DNA of 64,000 nucleotides from Bacteroidales bacterium (GTDB lineage Bacteria; Bacteroidota; Bacteroidia; Bacteroidales; UBA932): NCBI GenBank assembly GCA_017553405.1, contig JAFZME010000118.1, positions 18,250 to 82,249 of the forward strand, read 5' to 3'. Shown piece by piece: positions 28,477 to 36,954 of this stretch (position 1 is its first letter; each line of letters starts with the position of its first letter). The notes under the pieces were generated by a model. It saw only the letters and a program-made list of their open reading frames with translations, ran no database searches and was not told where the DNA came from. The position numbers and the translations under genes were made by a program.

Positions 28477-29526
28477 ATGGAACTCTCAAAGAAACTTTGG
28501 GGCAAAACCCCCGACGGAAAAGAAATTTTCAAATGGACACTGACCAATGCAAGCGGTGCTTATGTTGAACTGTGCAATATCGGCGCGGCCATCGTTTCGG
28601 TCGGCGTGCCCGACAAGGACGGCAAGATCGACGATGTGGCCGTCGGCTACCCCGACGCAATGTCGTACTTTGCCGACGGCCCCACTGCCGGCAAAATCCC
28701 CGGCCGTGTAGCCGGCAGGATCGTGGGCGGCAAGTTCACCCTCGACGGCAAGGAGTATCGCCTCCCCATCAACAACGGCCCCAATCACCTCCACGGCGGC
28801 CCCAAGGGCTTCGCCAACCAGGTCTGGGAAGGCCGCGAGGTCGGCGATGCGGTAGAATTTATGTATTTCTCCGAGGACGGAGAGATGGGCTACCCCGGCA
28901 ACCTCAAGGTCGTCGCCCACTACGAGTGGAGCGAGGACAACGCCCTCAAGCTCACCATCACCGGCGAGACCGACGCCCCGACGGTCGTCAACCTCACCAA
29001 CCACGCCTACTTCAACCTCGACGGCGAAGGCAGCGGCAGCATAGAGGACCACATCCTCAAGCTCAACTGCTCGGAATATGTCGATTCGGACCAGTTCCTC
29101 TCCCCCACCGGCAAGATCGAGCCCGTGGCGGGGACGCCTATGGACTTCCAGTCAGGCAAGCGCATCGGCGACGACCTCCACTCCGACTTCCCTCCGATCA
29201 AGTTCGGCAAGGGCCTCGACAGCTGCTGGGTAATAGACGGCGCACAGCCCGGCCAGCTCCAGACTGCGGTCGAGCTCTACTCCCCCAAGAGCGGGCGTGT
29301 GTTAAGTGTGATTACTGACCAGCCCGGCGCGGTGATCTACACCGGCAACTGGATGTCCGACAGCCCTATGGGCAAACGCGGCCACAAGTACAACGACTAC
29401 GACGCCGTCGCAATCGAGTGCCAGAAATTCCCCGACAGTCCCAACCAGCCGGAGTTCCCTTCAGTGGTGCTCCGTCCCGGCGAACTCTATGAGTCGGCCA
29501 TCATCTGGGCCTTCTCCGTCCGATAG
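28477..29526 (+). CDS. galM: Aldose 1-epimerase (galactose mutarotase)
   Basis: Start MELSKKLWG at 28477; GRVAGRI, NNGPNHLHGG, GYPGNL, NLTNHAYFNL, IECQKFPDSPNQPEFP. Confidence 0.92.
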   Translation: MELSKKLWGKTPDGKEIFKWTLTNASGAYVELCNIGAAIVSVGVPDKDGKIDDVAVGYPDAMSYFADGPTAGKIPGRVAGRIVGGKFTLDGKEYRLPINNGPNHLHGGPKGFANQVWEGREVGDAVEFMYFSEDGEMGYPGNLKVVAHYEWSEDNALKLTITGETDAPTVVNLTNHAYFNLDGEGSGSIEDHILKLNCSEYVDSDQFLSPTGKIEPVAGTPMDFQSGKRIGDDLHSDFPPIKFGKGLDSCWVIDGAQPGQLQTAVELYSPKSGRVLSVITDQPGAVIYTGNWMSDSPMGKRGHKYNDYDAVAIECQKFPDSPNQPEFPSVVLRPGELYESAIIWAFSVR

Positions 29527-30035
29527 GTGAAGGCGAAGATGAGGGAGATGGCCACGGCAACGACAAGTTGAATCCAAAGGCCCGTGGAGACAAGCTCCAT
29601 ATTCATCCACCCGAAAGAGATTACCATCCACTTGAGAAGGTAATAAACCCCCTTGCTGAGAAGGATGGACACAAAGGCAGACGCTCCGGAGACCACTCCG
29701 GGGCGTTTTGCGTAGTGTTTGCCGAGCAGGCGAAGGAGTCCTTCGAAGAGCAGGACGTTGGTGGCCAGCTCCACTGCGATCAGGAGGCATTTCGGGAAAA
29801 CGGGGTGTCCTGAAACGGCCAAGGAAACCAGAGGGAGCAATGCTGCCAGCACGAGGGAATTCTTCCAGTCTCTCGTGACCAGGAGCACGCCAAGCGCAGC
29901 CACGCGCATCGGATCGATAAGGTAGAACAGGACAGCCGTCAAATGCGAAAGCGCGGGTACGAAAAGGACAAAAAGGAGCGCCGCCGCATCCGACAGAATA
30001 TTGCGCAAGCTTAATGAAACTGTTTTTGCTGCCAT
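29487..30035 (-). CDS. Integral membrane protein, ECF S-component-like
   Basis: About 5-6 hydrophobic segments; YLIDPMRV and LPLVSLAVSGHPVFPK; last gene of the locus B run. Confidence 0.55.
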   Translation of the reverse strand: MAAKTVSLSLRNILSDAAALLFVLFVPALSHLTAVLFYLIDPMRVAALGVLLVTRDWKNSLVLAALLPLVSLAVSGHPVFPKCLLIAVELATNVLLFEGLLRLLGKHYAKRPGVVSGASAFVSILLSKGVYYLLKWMVISFGWMNMELVSTGLWIQLVVAVAISLIFAFTYRTEKAQMMADS

Positions 30036-30047
30036 AACTGACTGTTG

Positions 30048-31238
30048 TTACAGAGATTCGAGATAGGGCCTGAGCTCGGTCCACGGGTAATACGGGCCGC
30101 TTCCCAGAGCAGGTATCGAAACCTCTCGTTCATTGAATAAAAACTTCACAAGAACCTTCCTGCTGAACACATTCCGGTAAAACACGATCTGCAGGTTGGA
30201 GGCCATCGGCATCATCTCCGAGGCGTCCCACACTTCCCACGCCTTCTCGGGGGCCGACTCCATATCGTACCCTTCCAGTCCGATAAGCGTCATAAGGCCG
30301 GACAGGCCGCTGTCGTGGCCGAAATGAAGGTCCGCAGCCACGTCATTGCCTGCTACTGCGGCATCGGCCTTGGAGAGGATTTCATCGCGGAATATCCTCA
30401 CCATCGGCTTGCGGGCTTCCCAGTTCAAGGGGTTGCGGCCGTCCTCGGCGAAGATGATGCAGTTTCTGAAGCGCATAAGACCGGTCATTTCATCCTCGGT
30501 GAGATGGCTTTTCAAGTCCACATCAAGCCCCGCGCAGACCGCATCGCCGGCGCAGTCGAACAGCTTCATAAAGAAGCCTGTCCAGTCGGAAGAAAGCTCC
30601 CTCGCCGACGCCGGATCCGAGAATATGCGCTCAAAGAAAGGAGCATCGTCGAAGTACTCCGGGAACCGTGGATACAGATATTCCTTGCTGCGCCGGCGTA
30701 TCTCCATCAGTGCACGCGTCGTGTCGGGAGTGTTGAGCAGCTTGTAGTACTTGACTCCGGCGAGCATCTCGAACTGCAGGGCCGGAGCACAGCTGTTCAG
30801 CTCCTCACAGCAGTTCGCCATACTCACGATACAGCGGGGAAGCATACTGGAAATGCACTTGACATTCCTCCGGTGCCTTCTGGAGAAGACAGGTTTGAAA
30901 TGACGGTACATCCGCCGGGCGATATGCCTGTGCTCTATGGCTCCCGGAGGCGCAAGCTGGCCGTACATATCGTCGTGTCCGGCATCGAAGGCGACCATAT
31001 CGTCGCACAGCGCTTCGCCCTCGGCGGTAAGCATACCGCTTTCCCGCGCCTTGAGCAGAACGTTCAGCACGACCTCAACCTGCTCCCTTTCGGACATATA
31101 GCGGCTGCCGTGACGGCCATAATGGCTGATATAGAACGGCCGGTAGCCGAACGGAGCCCGAGTCTGAGAGTTTTCCTTGTCGGGATAGGGAGTAAACAGG
31201 CTGAGAAACAGCATAATGAAAAGACAGTGTCTCATCAC
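30048..31238 (-). CDS. Histidine acid phosphatase
   Basis: YISHYGRHGSRY, LHFGHD, MPMASNLQIVFY; hydrophobic N-terminus. Confidence 0.88.
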   Translation of the reverse strand: MMRHCLFIMLFLSLFTPYPDKENSQTRAPFGYRPFYISHYGRHGSRYMSEREQVEVVLNVLLKARESGMLTAEGEALCDDMVAFDAGHDDMYGQLAPPGAIEHRHIARRMYRHFKPVFSRRHRRNVKCISSMLPRCIVSMANCCEELNSCAPALQFEMLAGVKYYKLLNTPDTTRALMEIRRRSKEYLYPRFPEYFDDAPFFERIFSDPASARELSSDWTGFFMKLFDCAGDAVCAGLDVDLKSHLTEDEMTGLMRFRNCIIFAEDGRNPLNWEARKPMVRIFRDEILSKADAAVAGNDVAADLHFGHDSGLSGLMTLIGLEGYDMESAPEKAWEVWDASEMMPMASNLQIVFYRNVFSRKVLVKFLFNEREVSIPALGSGPYYPWTELRPYLESL

Positions 31239-32296
31239 TCGCCCCTGACTACGCCGTCCTCGCCCTTAAGCCTGGCGGCGACCTGTTGCACCGTCGCCTT
31301 ACCGGTCGTGTTGAGCTGCTGGATGGTGATGGACGACACGCAGCAGCCGAGCGTGGCCGCCTCGGTCTTCTCAAGGCCGAGGGAAAGGCCGAGCACGAAG
31401 CCGGCGGTGGTGGCGTCGCCCGCACCGACGATGTCGATGGGGCCCGTCACCTTGAACCCGGGCACGCGGACGGGCTCCTGCCCGAACACGATCATTCCCT
31501 TCTTGCCGCAGGTCACGAGCATCTCGCAGGCCTGCTTCTCGCCGGCGAGCTTGCCGTAGCGGATGATCTCGCCAAGGTCCTCCTTGTCTGCCGGCGGATT
31601 CTCGAAGAGGGAGAAGAGTTCAAGGTTGTTGCACTTGATGATCATATTGCGGTACTCGTTGGCGAAGGACCTGGAGTCCACATAGAAGATGGTGCCGTGG
31701 CTGTTGCCCGCCATCTCGTTGACCTGCTCGCGGATCCAGTCCGTGACCGCGCCCATATTGCGCTGATAGAACTGGTCGATGACGATGACCGCGTCGGCCC
31801 ATTCGAGGGAGGCCTCAAGATTTTCCATCATCTTGCGCTGGATGTCCATCGACGGCTCGACGAAATTTCTGAAGTCAAGCCTCTTCCACTCGAAATATGC
31901 GTTGTCATCCGCGGGATCGGCCCCGTCGGGCAGGCGCAGGATCTTCGTATAGGCGCAAGTGCACAGCGAATCGGTGCGGATCAGGTAGGACGTGTCGGCG
32001 CCGACGGCATTGAGGGCGTTCTCGAGTTCGAGACCTTCGCCGTCGTTGCCGAGGATGCCGATGCAACGCACGTTGGCGCCCAGGGAGCGCAGGTTGTTGG
32101 TTATGGTGCCGCCTGCGCCGGCCATCATTTTCTTCTTGTGGATACGGAAGGCGTTGTCGCCCGTCTCGGCCGAGACCTCGTCATTGGCCGGATTGCTGTA
32201 GAGATACTTGTCCAGTGCGTAATCGCCGAACACCACGATTTTGGCTTCGCCGGTGCGCGCAAGAGCGTCGATGATGTTGTTTACTTGGTTTGACAT
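31235..32296 (-). CDS. PfkB-family sugar kinase resembling the HldE/RfaE domain I heptose kinase
   Basis: IVVFGDYALDKY, AGAGGTITNNLRSLGA, GILGND, IDIVGAGDA; no nucleotidyltransferase domain. Confidence 0.85.
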   Translation of the reverse strand: MSNQVNNIIDALARTGEAKIVVFGDYALDKYLYSNPANDEVSAETGDNAFRIHKKKMMAGAGGTITNNLRSLGANVRCIGILGNDGEGLELENALNAVGADTSYLIRTDSLCTCAYTKILRLPDGADPADDNAYFEWKRLDFRNFVEPSMDIQRKMMENLEASLEWADAVIVIDQFYQRNMGAVTDWIREQVNEMAGNSHGTIFYVDSRSFANEYRNMIIKCNNLELFSLFENPPADKEDLGEIIRYGKLAGEKQACEMLVTCGKKGMIVFGQEPVRVPGFKVTGPIDIVGAGDATTAGFVLGLSLGLEKTEAATLGCCVSSITIQQLNTTGKATVQQVAARLKGEDGVVRGE

Positions 32297-33243
32297 TTTT
32301 TATCCTCCTCAAAAATAAGTCTTGACAGATTGGGTACGGTCTGCTTGTGCAGTCCCTGTACATAAAAACTTTTGCCTCCGGTGGCGGCGGTGGTCTCAAG
32401 GATGTTTCTCCAGGGGCGGAAATTCCGCTTCTGCTCGTCATCCACGAGAACCTGCATATCGAACACGGCCGCGCAGGCGGGGAGAATCTCCTCCCCCTTC
32501 GCGGCGGCCACGTTGCGCACCATAGAAAGGGCTTTAAGATAGACCTCGGGGCCGGCCACTGCCGTGCCGAAGTCCATTACCACGCCGTGGTTGAGTTTCG
32601 TGAGGCTCTGGGCGTAGATCAGGAAGTCGTTGTAGGAACATATGCCCATTGCGGCTCCGTCGGCATTGGGATGCTCGTTGATGATGTCGTTGCCTATGCC
32701 GATATGGACGGTGCAGGGCACCCCGAGATGGTAGCCCATCGCGAGAACGCTCTTCTCCCTGTTGGGGAAATTGTTTTCCCATATATACTTTCCTACGGCC
32801 TCACCCCAGCCGAGGTTCTCGGCGGCACCGGCGCGGACGGCATCGTTGACGATCCCGCTCTCTTTCCAGAGGCCGAACTGGCCTTCGCTGATGTATTTGG
32901 CCACGCTCTCGCAGGTCTGGCCAATCAGGGAGAATTCGAAATCGTGGATGGAGGCGGCGCCGTTGGTGGCAAAGTGGGTGACGAGCCCCCTTTTCATCAG
33001 TTCTATCATAAAAAGGCCGTTGCCGGTGCGAATGACGTGGGCGCCGTACATCATCATTACGGTGGCGTCATAGCGGCGGCGGGCCTCAACGACAGCCTTT
33101 GCTATCTCAGGGAGGGCCGGATGCTCGAACTCGGGGATCTCCCCGTCCACATCGATGAGGACCTTGTCGAGAACGATGTCGTGGATACGCTCGTCAAGAG
33201 GCTTGATGTTCAAAGCGGAACAATCGAATTTCTTATAGCTCAT
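32281..33243 (-). CDS. Uncharacterised deoxyhypusine-synthase-like protein (copy 1)
   Basis: YGAHVIRTG, HFATNGAASIHDFE, GVPCTVHIGIG, DFGTAVAGPEVYLKALSMVRN; layout recalls the DHS-like fold; paralogue of the adjacent gene. Confidence 0.6.
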   Translation of the reverse strand: MSYKKFDCSALNIKPLDERIHDIVLDKVLIDVDGEIPEFEHPALPEIAKAVVEARRRYDATVMMMYGAHVIRTGNGLFMIELMKRGLVTHFATNGAASIHDFEFSLIGQTCESVAKYISEGQFGLWKESGIVNDAVRAGAAENLGWGEAVGKYIWENNFPNREKSVLAMGYHLGVPCTVHIGIGNDIINEHPNADGAAMGICSYNDFLIYAQSLTKLNHGVVMDFGTAVAGPEVYLKALSMVRNVAAAKGEEILPACAAVFDMQVLVDDEQKRNFRPWRNILETTAATGGKSFYVQGLHKQTVPNLSRLIFEEDKKCQTK

Positions 33244-33255
33244 AATCCTGTCCTC

Positions 33256-34236
33256 CTATTGTTTTGACGCTTCAAATACCAGCTTCGCGAGCGCGGGAAG
33301 CGTCTCGTCGTGGTGTCCCTTGATGTAGAAACTCTTGCCGCCATCGGCCACGGTCCTGGCCAGGATGGTCTTCCACGGCCGGAAATAGTAGCGCGGGTCG
33401 GACTTGTCAGGAGTCGCCGAATAGTTGTCGGCGTCCTTGATGTTCTGCACGTCGAACACGGCCGTGTGGAAATGGACTATCCTCTCTCCCCTCTGGTGGG
33501 CCACGTTGCGGGCCATCGCAAGAGCTTTCAGATACACTTCCGGACCGGCAACCGCCGAGCCGAAGTCAAGGAAGACGCCTCCCTCCAGGCGGGTAATGCT
33601 CTGGGTGTAGACAAGGAAATCGTTGAGCGAGCATATCCCCATCGCGGCGCCGTCGGCACTCGGAAGCTCGTGGACGGTGTCGCAGCCGACTCCGATGTGG
33701 ACGGTGCAGGGGACGCCCAGATGATAGGCCGTCGCAAGGATGCTGTTTTCCTTGCCCGGGAAGTCGTGCTCCCAGATGTAGCGGCCGACGGCCTCGCCCC
33801 AGCCGATATCTTCCTTTGCCCCCGCCGCGACGGCTTCGTTGATCATACCGCCTTCCTCCCACAACCCGAGCCTTCCGGAAACGGCGTCGTGGTCTATGTC
33901 CTCTCCTGTCTCCCCGCAGAGGGCGAATTCGAAGTCATAGGTGGCTCCGGCGCCATTGGTGGCGAGATGGGAGATGAAGCCGCGGCGCATCAACTCGATA
34001 ATGACGGGCGAGCATCCGCTTTTGACAACGTGTCCGCCGAACATCAAAAGGACAGTCGCGCCGCAGCGGCTCGCCTTCACTATGGACTCGGCGAGCACGG
34101 GGAGCGCAGGATGGGAGAAGTCGGAACGGAGCCTCTCAGGGTCCATCGCGACGTCCCGGAAACGCACCTCCGCCGAGCGCGATGAAATCGGGCTCAGTGA
34201 GAGTTGCGACCTGTCGAACATTTTATAAGCTGACAT
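33256..34236 (-). CDS. Uncharacterised deoxyhypusine-synthase-like protein (copy 2)
   Basis: Probable start MSAYKMFD at 34236; FGGHVVKSG, HLATNGAGATYDFE, GVPCTVHIGVG, DFGSAVAGPEVYLKALAMARN. Confidence 0.6.
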   Translation of the reverse strand: MSAYKMFDRSQLSLSPISSRSAEVRFRDVAMDPERLRSDFSHPALPVLAESIVKASRCGATVLLMFGGHVVKSGCSPVIIELMRRGFISHLATNGAGATYDFEFALCGETGEDIDHDAVSGRLGLWEEGGMINEAVAAGAKEDIGWGEAVGRYIWEHDFPGKENSILATAYHLGVPCTVHIGVGCDTVHELPSADGAAMGICSLNDFLVYTQSITRLEGGVFLDFGSAVAGPEVYLKALAMARNVAHQRGERIVHFHTAVFDVQNIKDADNYSATPDKSDPRYYFRPWKTILARTVADGGKSFYIKGHHDETLPALAKLVFEASKQ

Positions 34237-34237
34237 A

Positions 34238-35080
34238 TTACAAGACCGTTTCGATAATGGTGTCGGGCTGTGAGAAGTCGGGGATGATGGCCTTGGCGCC
34301 GGCAACTATGAGGCGGCTGCGCTTCCAGGCGTCGATGCCGCAGCGCTCGGCCTCGTTGGTGGCCGCGCCGATGGCAAGTCCGCCCAGGTTCGCCACAAGC
34401 TCCACCTCCACGAATCCGTCTCCGAACGAGACCAGCTCGTGGGGCTTTATGGCCTGCCTCTCGATCATATCGCGTATGACCTCGGCCTTGATCTCCTTGA
34501 TGTCCTCCTTGCGGCGGCCGATGGCCAGGTCGTCCCTGGCGCCCCAGATGCCGCCGTCGAAGCAGGTGTCGATTCCGAGCAGGCGCGCTTCATTCAGCAC
34601 GTCCTGGTCGTCGGTACCGCTGGCGAGGTAGCACCTGATGCCCTTCTCGCGAAGCTTCTTCACGAAGGCCTTGGCCCCGGGGACTATCCATTCGTCCGGA
34701 TCGACCTCGCCTGCGGCAAGGGCCGCTTTCCGGGCACGGATACGCTCCTCGAGACGGCGGAGATACTCCCGCTTGTACTCGATGGGCTCAAGCGGGGTGC
34801 CGCCCCTTGCGGTCACCTCCTCCGCGAGCCTGATGCACTGGAAGATGGTCTGCTTGCCCGTCAGGTCGGTGACGAACAGGCGGACCAGATCGTAGAGCTT
34901 TTCGTAAGGTTCGTCTGTCCCCGTTGCCACGAGGACTTCCGTGAAATAGGGAATCATTATCCCCTGCCATCCCTGACGGATCAGGCTTACCGTGCCGTCA
35001 AAGTCGAAAAGCGCGTATTTGATGTTGAAGTCCGCCTTTCGCCAGGGCTTCACTATTTCCACTGACCAATCTGTATTCAT
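34238..35080 (-). CDS. HAD-superfamily hydrolase/phosphatase
   Basis: Motif I LFDFDGT, motif II LASGT, motif IV SFGDG. Confidence 0.88.
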   Translation of the reverse strand: MNTDWSVEIVKPWRKADFNIKYALFDFDGTVSLIRQGWQGIMIPYFTEVLVATGTDEPYEKLYDLVRLFVTDLTGKQTIFQCIRLAEEVTARGGTPLEPIEYKREYLRRLEERIRARKAALAAGEVDPDEWIVPGAKAFVKKLREKGIRCYLASGTDDQDVLNEARLLGIDTCFDGGIWGARDDLAIGRRKEDIKEIKAEVIRDMIERQAIKPHELVSFGDGFVEVELVANLGGLAIGAATNEAERCGIDAWKRSRLIVAGAKAIIPDFSQPDTIIETVL

Positions 35081-35091
35081 CTGCCGAAAAT

Positions 35092-35661
35092 TTACACAAA
35101 TTTATCCTGATTTTCCTTACACCAGCACACAAACAGATGAAGAATCATCATATGAAGGTCTTCTATACGTTCGTAACTGGTCATATCCGTCACAAAAGAG
35201 ACATCGGCGCCGCCACAGATCTTGCCGCCGCCGAAACCGGACAGGGCGATGATGGACGCCTTGTGCTCCTTCGCCACGGCGCACGCCTTGACAAGGTCGG
35301 GAGAATTCCCGCTGGCGCTGATGACAATAAGCACGTCGCCTTCCCGTACGGCGCTCTCCAGCTGGAAAGCGAAGATGTCCTCGAAGGAAAAATCGTTGCC
35401 GAGAGCCGTGAGCACCTCGGGATTGTCGCACAGGGAATTGATCCTGAAACGACGCTTCCCGTGGTTGACGGCATTCTTGCCGAAATCACACACAAAATGG
35501 TTGGACGAACCCGCACTTCCGCCATTGCCCGCCACGAAAACCTGGCGGTCCTTCTTCCAGACGTCGACGAGGATGTCCGTTGCCTTTTTGAATTCCGCCC
35601 GGTCTACTCCCTTGATGGCTTCGATAAGTTCGGAGCTGTATCTGCTTAACAAATCACTCAT
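35092..35661 (-). CDS. SIS-domain sugar-phosphate isomerase, GmhA (phosphoheptose isomerase)-like
   Basis: AGNGGSAGSSNHF, TALGNDFSFEDIF, EGDVLIVISASGNSPDLVKA, IEDLHMMILH. Confidence 0.88.
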   Translation of the reverse strand: MSDLLSRYSSELIEAIKGVDRAEFKKATDILVDVWKKDRQVFVAGNGGSAGSSNHFVCDFGKNAVNHGKRRFRINSLCDNPEVLTALGNDFSFEDIFAFQLESAVREGDVLIVISASGNSPDLVKACAVAKEHKASIIALSGFGGGKICGGADVSFVTDMTSYERIEDLHMMILHLFVCWCKENQDKFV

Positions 35662-36938
35662 ACGGCAAGTTTCTTATTAGGCCTGGAACCCCTGAGGGCG
35701 TACCAGATCAGGTAGATGAAGCAAAGTATGATGAGCCAGAAGCTGCTCACGAATCCCCACTTGTCGGAGATGGCGCCAAGCGCGATGAGGAGCACACCGC
35801 CGCCGACACACATCGTGTTGATGAGGCCGGAAGCAAGCGAAGTGTACTGCCCGAGGCCCTCGACGGCCATATTGAATATGGCGCCGGACATAACGGAGGT
35901 GCAGAGACCGCAGAGAATCATCAGGATGATGCTGACAGGCACCTGCTGGGCGAGCAGGGTGACGGTGATGGTCTTGGGAAGGAATATAGCCACTATCAGG
36001 AGCGCGATGGCCACGGCGCCCATAACGGACAGCATACTGCGGCTGGACACCTTGCCGCCGACCATTCCGCCGAGGATACGCCCGACGAGCATCAACAGCC
36101 AGTAGACTCCGCAAAGGGTACCCGCCACGCCGACAAGGATGCCGAGACCGCCCTGCTCAATGGGAGTTGCCATATAGAGGTTGGCGATGTTGGAAATACC
36201 CACCTCGGCTCCGACATAGACGAATATGCCGATCATACCGAAGACAAGGTTGCGGAAGCCGAGAGTCTTCCTGATGCCCACCAGCATCCCCTCCTCTTCC
36301 TTCTCGCCGGCAGCCGCGGCGGCCTTGGCCGCCTCAAGCTCGGGCTCGGGGATGTAGGAGATGAAGATGATAAGGAAGGCCAGCGCGAAGATGCCCATCG
36401 CAATGTAGAGTACGACATTGACATCCTTGATCTGCGTGTCGGCCGTCACTTCGCCTATCAGGTAGCCGCAGAGCATCGGCACGAGGGCCGCCGCCATCGA
36501 GTTGCAGCTGCCGCCGAACTGTACCAGCTGGTTGCCCCTGTTGCCGCCTCCGCCGAGCGTGTTGAGCATCGGCTGCACGAGCGTATTGAGCATACAGAGC
36601 GCGAATCCGGAGATAAGGGCGCCCAGCAGGTAAACCCAGTAGTTGCCGAACACGCCGGACAGGAAGGTGATGGTCACGCCGACAAGGCCCAGGGCGACCG
36701 CCTCAAGCGAGGTGATCTTGTAGCCCCTCTTCTTGAGTATGACGCCCGCCGGAATTCCGAATATCAGGTATGCGAAGAAATTCATAAAAACCCCGAGCTG
36801 GGAGATTGCGTTGGACGCCCCGAACTGGGCCTTCGCTATGATTCCCATAGGATTCTGCAGGCCCGAGACGAAAGACATCATCGCGAACAGCAGGAACATT
36901 ATGATAATCGCTGCCGTGTTTTTGCTTTTTCGTGTCAT
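35658..36938 (-). CDS. MFS sugar:H+ symporter, FucP/GluP family
   Basis: About 12 hydrophobic segments; FFAYLIFGIPAG, LNTLVQPML, GNQLVQFGGSCNS, IFVYVGAEVG. Confidence 0.88.
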   Translation of the reverse strand: MTRKSKNTAAIIIMFLLFAMMSFVSGLQNPMGIIAKAQFGASNAISQLGVFMNFFAYLIFGIPAGVILKKRGYKITSLEAVALGLVGVTITFLSGVFGNYWVYLLGALISGFALCMLNTLVQPMLNTLGGGGNRGNQLVQFGGSCNSMAAALVPMLCGYLIGEVTADTQIKDVNVVLYIAMGIFALAFLIIFISYIPEPELEAAKAAAAAGEKEEEGMLVGIRKTLGFRNLVFGMIGIFVYVGAEVGISNIANLYMATPIEQGGLGILVGVAGTLCGVYWLLMLVGRILGGMVGGKVSSRSMLSVMGAVAIALLIVAIFLPKTITVTLLAQQVPVSIILMILCGLCTSVMSGAIFNMAVEGLGQYTSLASGLINTMCVGGGVLLIALGAISDKWGFVSSFWLIILCFIYLIWYALRGSRPNKKLAV

Positions 36939-36954
36939 AATGGTTTATGGTTTT

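Noticed and set aside
31235-35661. Canonical ADP-heptose biosynthesis operon (gmhA/hldE/gmhB)
   Set aside because: No nucleotidyltransferase, HldD or heptosyltransferase; the HAD lacks GmhB motifs; the genes are linked to importers. Gene symbols were not assigned.
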